From assembly GCA_001244265.2 (NCBI GenBank), contig LN717261.1, positions 2,123,591 to 2,187,590 of the forward strand: a DNA stretch of 64,000 bases, in the 5' to 3' direction. The notes under the pieces are model-generated. The model was not told the DNA's origin and ran no database searches. It saw only the letters and a program-made list of their open reading frames with translations. This DNA is from Microbotryum violaceum. Its lineage: Eukaryota. Below, piece by piece: positions 11,734 to 25,000 of the stretch. A program made the translations under genes and the position numbers. How positions within the stretch are numbered: the stretch's first letter is position 1; the number at the start of each line of letters is the position of its first letter.

Positions 11734-14703
11734 GCTTGATGAACAAGAGCAGCGACGTCGACGAGCGAGGCCTGCATGTGGTAAAGTCCGTTCTTGAGCT
11801 CGCCAGTGTGACACACCGTGTTGGCAATGGAGACCGTTGCCTTGGCCCGAGTCAGACGGATGTCGTAACCCCCGATGTCGGCACGACTGGCGGAGAACAG
11901 GTTGAACGGAGCGGTGGGCACGAACAAGGCGTCGTTGAGTTGGCCGATGCTGCCGTCGAAGGAACGAACGATTGCGGAGCCGACGCCTTTGATGGAGTTG
12001 ACAACTTCACCAGTGATACCTTCGAGCGGAGCTGGCTTGCACTTGCGGAAGGACGTGAAACATGCGCAATCGTTGACGATGTGGTGCGTCGCCCTGCTGT
12101 CCAGGATGATGGAGGGCCTGGCCAAGGTGGACATCGTGGCTGTGAGGTAGCCAAGCACAGGACCGTCAACCAGCGTCGAGATATCAGGCGCAGTGACGAG
12201 CGAGGCGGAAGGGCTGAAGGAGCCTTTGTCTTCTTCCCCTTGGACCCAGCCTTGTTGTCCGGGCACTTGCAATTCCAGTGTGGACCTCCGCAGTGGTGGC
12301 ACGGGGAGAAAAGAGGCGCGGTAGACTTGTCCGCTGTCGCAATCGGGCTTGCCACCATGGCGACGGGTTTGGGAGCTGGCGTCTGATCCGCCTGCGTGTG
12401 GAGCGACTGGAGGACCTCCGTCGGGCTTGGTAGCCTATCCAATCCTTGCCGAAGTGTTTGCGTGTAGTATTCACGGTACAGATCCTTGCCGAAGTGGACA
12501 AGGCGGAACGACACAATCTGCTCGAAAGTAAGCTCGTGTCCCGAGAGCGTGTTAAATAGCTCAATGGTTGTCGCTTGGTACTTTGCGAAGGCGTCCATGC
12601 CGGTGGGAGGGGGTCCCACGTTGAGCAACGCTTGGAGACGGATGAGAATGTCAGCCACCATGCCGGTACCGACCGCCTTCTTGATCATCTGTAAGACTTC
12701 CGCAGGAGTGTGGTCGTAACCATCCTTTATGTGTTTTCGGATGTCCGGTGAGACAGAACGCATCAGCAGCGCGACCGCTTGGAAATTGGCGTGATCGAGA
12801 TCCGTGCGCGTGTTGGGTGATTGGACGGGCGTTGCGAGGGTGCAGTTCCAATAGTCGCCGCCAAGGGTGCCTCGCACGTCGTCGATCCATTGCGACCAGC
12901 CCCAGCGTTTCGCAGATGGCATGATGGGTCAACATTGCGTGGTTTGATGAGGACGATAGGGGTTGTTCCCCCTGTGACCATGAGAGGAGTGCTCATGCCT
13001 TGATGACTCGAATTGGCTGGCCGCTCGGTTGGGCTTGTAACCTATTGAAACTGAACAGCGATGTGCTGAACAAGTTGGCGGCAGGGACGAGCCAATGAGT
13101 TCGTAATCAAGTGAAGAAGAGGAGACAAAGACGCGAATCGCGCGCGCGACTAATATAAAGTGGAGACGCGCGTAGTGCGGAGTTAAGGCAAGAGTAATTT
13201 ACTTCAACAAGAAACACAATCATTGGCGGTATCAAGCTTAAACGTCGAGCTCGGAAGCAAGCTAAACCACTAGGCTTCCGCTCCGTGGCCCTTGTATTTC
13301 GCACGGCGGGGGCACTCCGGGATCTGGACTACGACTCGCTCCTGTTCCTTGCGATGGTGTCTCTAGGTTTCGCGCCGTGTGCACGGAGTGCAGAGCTCAC
13401 TGTTCCCTCAACAATCCGTTTTCGGGATCCAGCCAAACTCCCGCAACGCAGCACAGTGAAGATGGACTCCAATGGCTTCTCAGTCCATCTTCCGTACCAC
13501 AAGGCAGACCGCCGTTGGCAAGGGTCGTTCCTGTACTTCACACCCTGCACGACGGATCCAGCCTTCCTACGCATCCTGCATCGCTACCTGCAGGCCCGGG
13601 ATAGTCGGAACAAGTCCTCCGACCTGCTGTTCTTGACAAGGGGAGGTCTCCCACCCACCCGCACCTGGTTCATTGGCCGCCTCCATCGCACCTTCGGATC
13701 AGCTTACAGTGGACACTCTCTTCGAGCCGGGGGTGCGACTCACTATGCTCTGCAAGGTCTCTCGGCGGATATCATCAAGCGGCTCGGGTGTTGGTGCTCG
13801 TCCGCTTGGGAGCCGTACATCAGGGTTTCCCCTCAACTGCAGCAAGCCCTCCTCAACTCAGCATGAACCCACATCTTAGATCTGCCAATCATCACCACAA
13901 TTACACAATACGGGATGCCTGGTTCTTATGCTGCAAATCCGACTCCATCCCAGCTATTTCGGTTCACATTGCACTCTTACGATGGAGTTGATGGTCTTTT
14001 CTGCTTTTGCTGCAAGAGTTTGATGTCGAGGACTCAAGCGCGTGCGACCTCTACCCTCCTTGCAGTAAGCTGTGCTCGCACGCCTGCCCCTCTTGCAATA
14101 AGCTGTGCGCCGCACGGCCTGCCCTTCCTGCAATAAGCCGTGCGCCGCACGCCTGCCTCGAGCCTTGGTCTGTAAGGTGCACTTGCGCAAGAGTTTACCA
14201 AGCCAGCTCCTGCCGCACCTTTCAGTTCCCACTGCTTGCCGTTGCCGTACCAGTATTGCTGTGTACCTCTGCCACCTCCTGCCAAGGTCAGTGGCCTTCC
14301 TTGAACTCTTCCTGCCGCTAATTGGCTGACAGGTTCCGAGCTTCTCACAGGACCCCTCCAGCAATACCGTACAGCTTCCGCCTTCCAGTCTTCTGCCTTA
14401 CCAGTTGATGACGAACAGCTGCCACTGTGTACGCCTCTCTTTTTCAACACTCCTTGTTGGATGGTTGACTGATGCTCCATACTTTGTATGCAGCCATCCG
14501 CCTGCACCTGCCAGTGCTGCGCCTCTTTCGGGTTCGACTGCGTCTCGCTCAAAGAGCCGAGGTACATCACCCACCTTCAGGCTCTACCTTAGGGTACTCC
14601 TACTCTCGACTGTCCTTGTTGGACACGTTGACTGACTTCGCTACCTTGCTACACAGACCCAACCTCGACGTATCAGCGTCCGAGGTCTGTTTTCCTTTGC
14701 TGT

Positions 14704-14904
14704 TGTAAGGCGCCGCTCCGCTTACGCCTAACGACGACCTCAAGCCGACCTCTGCGGCCCCACGCTTGCCCTCGCGCGCGGCGCCACCGCGTCTCTTGAC
14801 CTTCGTCCTTTTAGTAGTCTTTCTTCGCCTGCGAATTACACCGTTTGATCCTTTCAGTTTGGACTCGGAACCAGTGAGGCTCGAGAGCAATCTCGTGCCT
14901 TTCA
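14704..14904 (+). repeat. Solo LTR (Gypsy-like)
   Basis: TGTAAGG..CTTTCA with TSD GCTGT on both sides; shares its last ~33 bp with the LTR at 60935-61171. Confidence 0.85.
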
Positions 14905-17283
14905 GCTGTCTTCTTGTCTCCAAGCGACACACTTTACAAGCATAGGTATGCCATAGTCCTCAGAGTCTTTGCAGTATTCCGAGTACTAATAGAATCGCGC
15001 TTTACAAGCATAGTTGTTCTATCTTCGTCTCCTCCCGCCCACCCTTCAAAATAAAAACAAATACAAAAACAGCCTTGTTGGTCTATTTCTTTCCTTTACT
15101 TTCTTATCTATGGTCTCTCGTGGGTAGATTTTCATCCCATCCTGTTTGTTACGGGATGCCTGGTTCTTATGCTGCAAATCCAACTCCATCCCAGCTATTT
15201 CGGTTCGCACTGCGCTCTTACGATGGAGTCAAAGTGATTACCAAAGATGGCTAGTACTAAGTGACTTGTTCAAGCGCAAGCATCGTGAAATGTGTCTCGA
15301 AGCGAAGGCAAATGGGCCCAAAGTCATGCCAAAGACTGCTCAGGGTAGGCCAAAATTGCGTCGACCCATGGGAAAAATGTCAAAATCTGCAAAGGCGCCT
15401 CGGGGGCAAAACGTGTGTTTCGTTGTTTCGTCCCAAAATGTCAATTTTTTTGCAATGCGCCTCGATGATTTTCAGCATTTTGGGTCCTCAAAATGTTAAA
15501 AAAAAAAAAAAAAAAAGCGCCTCCGGCTGGGCTTTTGGGGGTCCTAGAGGGGTAGAGACTGGTAGAACTCTGGTAAAGAGGGAAAGCTCTCAGAGTGCTC
15601 TCGCTTCAGGCTGCTTCAGGCTGCTCTTGCCAGCTCTTGCAACTCTCTCGCCTGCTCTCGCAGAACCCACAAGAGGCGGCCCGCAAATTTGGATATTCTG
15701 GGGTCCGGAAAATTGGCTAGGCAGCCCGCAAATTTGGACATTTTTGGCTCAAAATGGGTCGAGGCTCACCTCATTTTTGGACATTTTCTTCCCTCCGGTC
15801 GAACTTTGAAGCGCAGGCCAGGGTAGCGGGAGGCGCAGGGCGCAGGGCATAGCCGGCCCAGCGGCGCGCTGTTTGCGCGCGTTAGTGTCTGCATTTGCTG
15901 TACGGTATGCGCCTCTGATGTGCATAAAATACAATCTGTTGTTCTTAACTGCTAGGCTAAAAGCAAGTCGTAAATAGAACTTGATAGTTCTAGCTACTCA
16001 GAGGCTACTTATGGGGCTGTTGCTGAAAGGCATCCCCTTACATTGCGAGTGGAGTCGTTTTTTTTTTTTTTTTTTTTTTTTGATCATCCCTTGCCCCAAA
16101 CGCCGACTTGTCGAGCTACGTCTCCTCTTCTTCCTTTCGATCTGGAAGCTTTCTTGCCCAGAAATATTTTCCTTTTCCTAGTTGGTCAATAGATTCACAG
16201 GGTTTGCCAGCGCCAATCTCGTTGAATTCTTTGGAACCGATCACCGAAATGGCACTCGAAGAGCTCCGGACGTCAATTCAGGAGTCCAAGGGTCGCCTTG
16301 TGTCTCTGTAAATCACCCAAGGGGAACTTGGTGGGCATGATTGATTCTGATTCAGGGTCAAAGAGTCCTACACTACTGGCCTAGCCAGTGTGCTCAACTG
16401 CATCTCCTACTTTTCCAGAGATTTCTAGGTATTAGGATATAGCGCGCGGCTGTGAACCTTATTTTGTCGTGCATTCTTCTAGGTTGATGTAGATTATAGT
16501 GTCATTTAAACTCATCGAATGACAAATGAGTAAACAAAGCTGAGATCCTATTTGAGTCCATTTCATTTTGAAAAAGGCTCGTTGGCGGTCGCGCTGGCGG
16601 CGCTCTTGGTACTTGGTGTGCGTGCGCAACCTTTCCCGCCCGCGTGCGGCGGGAATGCAGTCTGCGCTACACGCAGAAAATTTTCTGAGCATTGTACAGC
16701 TTGTAGAGTAGTTGTGAGAAATTATTCAACACTAGGCGGCCCTCATATTTGGACATTTTCAGTCAGAATCCGGGAAAACTTCTGGACATTTTGTCTCAAA
16801 AAAGGCGGTTTTTAGAGGGCCGCCTATGGCTGGGCTTTCGGGGATTTTTTCTCGTCTATCGTGCCCCTCCTTGCGTCGTATCAGCCACCAAGCGCCGCCC
16901 GTTCCCAATCCTCTCTTTCCTCCTCCGCTACCAGTTGAGTGTCCAAGGACGTGTTATGGCTGAGCCGCGCTCTCCATCGGTGCATCAACTGAATCTTGCC
17001 TGGTCTCGGGCGCTCGTAGCAGTGGTGTACCATAATACTGAATGGGACACATTCACGCGGGCGTCACGCCAAGTCTACGCGGCATCTCCCGGCGTGGCAA
17101 GTCCCGACTTGCCCCCCCACGCCGTCGCAAACTCCGACTCCGCTGCAGTACTAACGAAGTCGTGCCTGACCCCTGACGAATCGCATGGCTGCAGACCAGG
17201 TACACAATACGCTGGGGACACGATCTTGGAATGCTAGTGCTTAAAGTCACGGATGACCTTCAGGTACATCAACAACTCTGCTA

Positions 17284-17385
<102 letters not shown>

Positions 17386-17475
17386 CTACTAGAACAGAGG
17401 CCGAGGGGGCTGGAGGTTACTGGGGGGGTTGACTATGAGGTCAAGATTGCAGAAGGAAGACAAGAGCGATTTCTA

Positions 17476-17835
<360 letters not shown>

Positions 17836-19031
17836 TCAAATTGTCCCGGAGGCCGCCCACCACGCCCCGGCCGGATTCGACCCAAAAGGTAGGTAGATTT
17901 GCCTTAGAACTCTTGGCAAACTTGCGGGTTGGCATCTCTGATCTCCGCAAGTTCTACGCTCCCCTATAGCTTGGGTCTTGCAGCCGCTCGACAGCCTTGC
18001 TGTTCCTGCTGCTGCTGCTGCACCGCCGACCGCAAAGTCAGCTGCTACACCCGAAATGGAAAGCACTGCGAGGGGCAAGAAGGCGAAGAAGAAGACGAAG
18101 ACCTAGTTTCAGCAGTCATAGCAGTAGCGATAGATGTTAGGGCGAATAGGCACCCATTATGGCTTCCAAACGTGCATCGACGATGAGGAACACAAGGGAT
18201 TATTTGAGTTGGCAAGAGTACCTTGTGGAGTGCTTTGAGAGAACAGAGAGGCCGTCGCCGTCTTCCATCATGATTGCATATGCGACTTACAGATTCAAGT
18301 ATGCGCAAGGCAAGATAGACCAGCCAAACCTGTGCTGCCAATGTTGAGACACCGAGCTGCGAGCGCGTGGGCCGGCGGCAAGCTGCAGCGAGCTCATTTC
18401 GAGTCGAATTGGCGCCGCACATGAGCAGGTATCACAAAGGACGAGGATGAAAGAGGCGAGCCGGACGAGGGGCCACAGACAAGGGGGAGAGACAAAGGCT
18501 GAGTCGAAGGTGTCCCAAGGACGTCCATTGAAGGCCAGGAAAGGGGCAAGAGCAAGGGTGTGATCTGAGTCGAGATTCAAGTTGCAGAAAGGAGAAAGAG
18601 AAGCAAGCTATCACACTAAACACGTTTTATACACAAGATAGAATACAATGAACACGTGCCCATGAAACGAAGTTATGTGCATCAAGCGAGATGATGCAAG
18701 CCAAACGGAATCATGTGACCGAGCCAGATCGCGTGGCAGGCAAGATCACATGGACCAGGCAAGAGCACGTGTACAACCCAGCCGATGTACCCGAAGCGAG
18801 ACCGTGTGACCAAGTGAGCTGATGTAAGCCAAGCAAGATCATGTGATCAAGACGTAACATAATCACATGCGACGCAAGAACCCGTACTCCGAGCGAGCCA
18901 AGGTCACGTGGACCGGGTGAGATCACGTGAGCCAACAGTGCAAGTCCCCGCGAGATCCCATTTGTGACAGTAGGCCCTGCACGGACGGGTGCAAGCTGCA
19001 AAGGTTTTGGGCCCGTACCCATGTCGGGGGG

Positions 19032-22000
19032 TATGAGGCGCCGGAGCTAACATGAGCGCCGCAGAAAAAAATAAAAAAAAAGACGAGAGAAGAAAAAATA
19101 AAAAATGACAGCACAGCACAGTCATGCCGCAAGGTCGTCCGTCATGACCCATGGCATGGCATGACTTCCCTCCAATCCAGGGGACAGAGAAAGCTCTCTT
19201 GGATCTCAATTGTAGCCATCAGCTCTTCTGTACCCACCTGAGCTGAGCCTGCTGCTGTTACTGCTGCAGCGCTGCTTGACCTGAGGCCCGCACCCTCCCG
19301 CACCCAGCGCCCACGCGCCCAGGCAACCGCCTCGAGTTCGGCCTGGATTTGCCTCTTTTCCTCCTGCCACTCTCTTCCCCTTGCCTCTCGTGATAAAAAT
19401 GAACAACTCACCATCTGGTTTGACTGACGATTTGTTCAGCTTGGCCTTGAACTCCAATACGGCTTCTTCTTTTGGCGCTGCAACCGCTGGCGATGCACCT
19501 TTTTCGGTGCAACAACATATTGACCGCGTGTCGGGGCTCGTGCCTGACTCTTCCCAGCCCACTTGCGCCCTCCTTTTCTCGTTGCTCAACCGTCCGCTCA
19601 GCCTCAACCTCAACCTCAAGCTTCACTCACTCCAGCTCAACAGCTCGAAATGATGAACATGGTGGTAACGCTCCAGAAAATGAACAATAATTCGCTGCCA
19701 TGGCTGCCAAAATCGAAGCTCGCCAAGCCAATCTACGCTCAATTGAACAACGCGCGATGGCTTTTGGCAAGACGGAAGCTAGGGTCGCGGCTGAGAAACG
19801 ATTTCCAGCAGCAAATCTGGAGCTGATTAACTCTCAGAACCCGGGTCTAGAGGAAACAGGTCAGTCTCGTCAATTCACGTTTGCCTTCCCTTGTTCCGTG
19901 TCCCATTGCTGATCTCTTGGCTCTCGGTTTCGTAGACTGGATCCGCAGTAAGGTGCCTTAGCCTTACGTTAACGACCGTTCAAATCCCTTGGAATCCGGC
20001 TCGACTCTTTCCACATCCTCAAGTCACCCCTTGTCCATGCCTCGGGATCAAGCTCAACTCTTTTGCAGTCGTCGAGTCGCGCCTCGACCACTTGTCATCC
20101 AGCTCTCGCCGCACCATTGCCCGACCTGGCTTTTAGCCAATCAACCTTGAGCGATGCAAGGACGTCGCGATCATCTCCGGTACATGGGGATGATTGCAAT
20201 GGGGGTAGGCTCTTTACACCAGCGGCACGCTCGGCGCGTGGCCGGCTGAGTTCCGCTCAGCTAGGGCTCGATAAATCCTCTTCGCACACCCCCTCCCCCG
20301 CCGAAGCGATGCACTTGATGCCCGCTCGTAAGGAGAAGAGCAGGAAGGGCAAGGGCGTGCAAAGATTCGCACGTGGGAAGTGTGAAAGTGCGACGACTGC
20401 TCAAGCGGTGGTAAGGCTCTGATTGACGGACCAAAGAGACCAGACCAAGAAGTTGGTTTGTTACACACCTGCTCAAGCACTACAGTGAGTTATGATAGCT
20501 AGTAAAGGTAAAGGCAGAAGGTAGTGTAGTGCTCACCTGCTCAAGCGGTGGTAAGGCTCTGATCAACGGACCAAGGAGACCAGACCAAGAAGTTGCTTGA
20601 GCAGGAGAGAGAGAGGCGCGGAGCCAGTTGGCTTGGGTGAGCGCGCGGCTGGTCCAAAAGGAGGTAAGGTGAGACCAAGAAAAGGAGACATGATGCAAGA
20701 AGGAAACACAGGAGGTTGTCAATCTCACCCCCCCTCCCCCCCCCCCGACTTCGAGTATCAGGGAGAGCAGACACCAAGTCGACTGCAATGCCGAGCAAAC
20801 AGATCGCGAGACAAAGCCTTGGTGAAGATATTGGCCGTCATCTTGCTGGTGGCGATGTACTGGACACTGTTGTTGCCCAGGGAGACCATATCCTGGACAA
20901 AGTGTTCGTGGAGACGAATGTGCCGAGTGCGAGCGTGGAAAACCGGATTCTTGGTGAGAGCATTGGCACCTTGGTTGTTGCCATAGATGAGGACAGGTCG
21001 GGAGGAAGGAAGCCCAAGCTCACCAAAGAGCTGACGCAGGAAGATAGCCTCCTTGCCACCATGTGACAAGGCAAGGTACTCGGTGTTGCAAGTAGAGTCA
21101 GCAACCCGGGACTGGAGGCAAGATGACCATGAGACGGCCGCGCCTGCAAAGACAAAGGTGTAAACCATGGTCGACTTTGAAGATAGGACGCAAGCACCCC
21201 AGTTACAGTCGGAGTAGCCAACCAAGGGCGCTGGATCCCCGCAAGCGTTGCGGAGGCTGTGAGACAGAGTGCCAGCGAGGTAGCAAATAGCGTGCTTGAC
21301 AGCGCCCCAGGCAGCGGCAGATGGTGACTGAGACAACCGAGCCAAGTAACCGACGGTGTGGGCCAGGTCGGGTCGAGTACTGGTTGATGCGTACATGAGG
21401 GAGCCAATTGCCTGCAGGTACCGAGTGTGATCCGGGAATGGGGTGGGCTGAAGCTCGACTTTGAGGCGGAGATTGGCCTGCATGGGTGTGGCAACAGGGT
21501 GGGCATCGGACATACCAAAGCGAGCGAGGACGTCCTTGAGGTACTGCTCCTGACTGAGGGAGATGGCGCCATCTGCAGAACGCTGAATCTGGATACCAAG
21601 GATGTACTCTGCCTCACGAAGGCGTTTGACACCATGGAGCTGCTCAAGGCCCTGGAGGGTGCGCTCAATCTCTGGGAGGGAAAGGCTGATCATGAGCAAG
21701 TCATCAACGTAGAGCGCAATATAGTGGCGCTCATCACCAGCAGTTCGGACATAAACACAGTGGTCAGACTCTGTGGCGACATAGCAAAGAGCCGACAAAG
21801 CGGAGTCGATCTTGTCGTTCCAGATACGTCCAGCCTGGCGCAAGCCGTAGAGGGACCGGTGCAGCTGGAGGACCTTGCCGGACATGTAGATTCCTTTGGG
21901 CACACAAATGTACAGAGGTGTGTCCAGTTTACCGTGGAGATAGGCCTTGTCAATGTCAGCCTGGTGGACGTGGTACCCATGAGCGGCTGCAAGGGCCAGG

Positions 22001-25000
22001 AGTGCGCGAATGGATGTGAACTTGGCGACGGGTGCAAAGGTCTCGTCGAAATCAATGCCTGAACGCTGAGAGTCACCGCAAGCAACCAGTCGGCCTTTGT
22101 AAGACTTGATTCGGCCGTGTTGGTTGCGTTTTGTGCGGAAGACAAAGCATGAACCGAGAACCTTAGAGTCCACGGGCATGAGGGACTCATCAATGGGTGT
22201 GAAGGCCAAGAAATCACGGGATAGTGAGTCAAATTTGGCCTGGGCAGCGAGACGCCACTCGTCTGCTTGCGGGGTTGCCATTGCAGCGCGCCAGTGAGGA
22301 GGGTCCCGGGCAGGTGCGATCAGTTCCAACGGGTCAGTGAGCAAGCTGTTGAGCAGAGCAGCGGCTCCAGAGGCAAGGTAGGCAACAGGCGGAGGCGAGT
22401 GAAGCGCAGCATCCATGTCGTCAGGAAAATTCTGCGCAAGGCAGATGGAAGCAACATCACCCGAGCGTGGCAAGAGGTTGATGGGGTTGGGCAATATGGA
22501 TCGAGTGGGCGAGGGCGGCGCAGGCAATGGACATGGAGCAACTGGTTGCGGTGAAGGATAGGGCGTGGAGGTGGCCGAGTCAGAGCTGCCTTGGTCAGAG
22601 GCACAGGAGGTTGGAGAGTCTTGGTCAAAGTGGTCACCAGCTTGGGATGTGGGGGAGCCTTGGTCAGAGGCAGGAGGCGCGCATGAGTCCTGGTCAGGGA
22701 TGTCACGGGCCGGGGAGGGACGGCGCAGGCCTTGGTCAGAGGCAGCAGGCACAGGTCCAGGGAGCTTGGCGCAAGGCGCCAGAGAGCGAGGGGGAGCAAC
22801 GAGCAAAGGCTCAGAGTGGTCTACCTGGTCAGAGTAAATGTTGGCAGCCACAGGAAGTGGGGTGGTGCCAGTGTGGGTGTCGGCCACAGGCTGCAGGGCA
22901 GGGAACTCAGATTCACAAAAAGCAATGTTGCAACTGAGGATGATTTTGCGTGTAACCGGGTCGAATAGACGGTACGCCTTTGCATGGTTGTCGAGCCCGA
23001 CGAATATGAGTGGCACAGCCTTGGGGTCGAGGTCGGTGCGCTTAACCGAGGGGAGGCAGTGCTAAGCGCGGCAGCCAAAGGCACACAGCAATGAGATGTC
23101 CGGTGCAACACCATGCCAGCAAGTGTCAGGTATGTCCCCGCGAATGCCTGCATGAGGCATCAAGTTCTTGCAGTGCACAAAGTACCTGGCAGCCTCGGCC
23201 CAGAGGGGTGGATCGGCACCGCCCGAGTAGAGCAAAGCAAGGATACCCTCTTTAATGGTCCGATTTGCGCGTTCAACACATCCGTTTTGTTGAGGCGTGT
23301 ACGGGATAGGGAGTTCGCGACGGATACCCTTGGCCAAACAGAAGTCGACAAGATTGCGCAGAGTGAACTCGCCACCATTGTCAGAGCGAATGGTTTTGAC
23401 TCGATCACCCGTGGCGTTCTCTACCTCAAGGATCCAGTTGCGGAGACGGTGGAAGACGTCACTTTTGTAAGTGAGGAGGATGCACCACTGTTTACGGGTG
23501 TAGTCGTCAATGATCACAAGCATGTAGCAATGTCCGCCAAAGCTGGCTTGAGGCATTTGGGCAACATCGACATGGACAAGGTCCAGACGGCCAGACGCAA
23601 TGGACTCGGAACGAGCAAAGGGAAGGGCGTGCGCTTTGGAAGCGAGACAAGCATTGCAATTGAAAGACCTGACCTCTTCCTCTGAATATACCCAATCCAC
23701 CCAGTGACCAAGCCGTTCTGCACAACGTTCTTGAGTTACGCAATGGGTAAATGCGCGAAGCAACGGTGCAGAGTCAGCAAGGGAACTCTGCAAGGGGTGG
23801 CAAGGAGGGCATTGGGCATACAGGGTGAGGGTGCGATGTCCAACGCGTACAGGTCATTCACAACGGCTTGAGCAGTGGCAACGACGGTGCCAGAGGAGTT
23901 TCTGATCTTAGCGCAGCCGGAGCCAAAGGAGATGCTGAACCCAAGACAATCCAAGCGCCGAACGGACAGCAGGTTGCGTGGCAGGGAGGGCACCAAGAGG
24001 ACATCGGTCACCACGACGGGGCCAGCTGGAGTTGATAGGCGCACAGAGCCACAGCCGGTGGAAGGGAGGGAACCGGCAACTCCAGCAACAGGTGGGCCGC
24101 CACACAAGCGCAGCATCAAGAAGAGTGTACTGTCGTTGGCCATGTGACAATTTGCACCGGAGTCAAGGAGCCATGCCAATTTGTGGAACGGCAATGTGGT
24201 GGCAAGCAGGCAGGCGGTGAAAGTTGTAGGCTCGGGCATCTCGACAACAGCGGGGGAGGCGACGGCCGGGGACCCCTTCTTATGTCCTCGTGAACTCGCT
24301 CCGGTGGAAGCCCTGCGGGCGCGGAAAGCGGCGGCCCAGGCAGTGTCAGGACAGTCGGCGAGCCAGTGCAGTTGGCGACATTTTGGGTTGAGGCAAGGTC
24401 CGGGGGGAGCGCATTGCTGGGGGGTAGCGACAGCAATGGCAGGGGCTTCCAACGGGCGAGCCTTGATCTCCCGGTAGATGCGATCGAGGATGTTGGCCGC
24501 GGGGGGTAAGGTGCCGGACGTGCCCTGGGAATTCACGAAGGTCATGCGTCATGCAGAGAGGGACGGTGGCATCCTCGCGAGTAGGTGAGACTCAAGCAAG
24601 GAATCTGTGGTGACGTTGGAGTCGGCCAGAAGTCGAGAATCGTTGTCAAAGCGGTTGCGAAACTGGAGGAATGCGTCGGGGCTGTCAAGCATAGGCTCGG
24701 GGCTGAAGAGGCGAGCTACGACGGGGAGGAGGTTGACAGCTGAGACGGCGCCATATTGCATCCGGAGAGCCATCCAGATCTTGTGGCCGCTGTGGGCGTC
24801 GCTGAAGTAACGTGAGAGGCCGGGAAGAACCATCCGTGGGTCGACGGCGGCGCAGATGGAAGCGCGAGCATAGTGATCCCATAGTGGGACATAGGAGGGG
24901 GGCCAAGATGGATGGGGTACACCGGATTGAAGGTAATTGATGACGTCGGAGGGCAGGCGGGAGCACAGGGTGAGGACCCAGTCCTTGTATTCATTGGCGT

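Larger units (their letters stand above)
5861..13209 (-). mobile_element. Copia-2, full-length degenerate Ty1/Copia element
   Basis: LTRs 5861-6105 and 13043-13209; TSD AGAAA (5856-5860, 13210-13214); PBS GGTTACAAGCCC; PPT next to 6106. Fragments of gag, protease ILDSRAT, integrase VRSDNGG/QQNGVAER, RT YVDD and RNase H. Confidence 0.95.
5475..13866 (+). pseudogene. Ngaro tyrosine recombinase split by Copia-2 (5475-5860 + 13215-13866)
   Basis: Removing 5861-13214 restores the frame (..QLVRNTIIGGIKL..). Catalytic motifs CARSAEL, HKAD, SGHSLRAGGAT, LGCW and EPYIR are present. Confidence 0.88.
2255..15229 (+). mobile_element. Ngaro/DIRS-type tyrosine-recombinase retrotransposon, interrupted by Copia insertions
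   Basis: Order is gag-like, RT, RNase H, YR; an 80-bp direct repeat at 13909-13988 and 15150-15229 fits Ngaro split repeats B1/B2. The 5' part is cut by Copia-1. Confidence 0.85.

Noticed and set aside
13285..13866. Stand-alone phage/bacterial integrase or Crypton
   Set aside because: It joins in frame to 5475-5860, directly after RT/RNase H, so it is the Ngaro YR.
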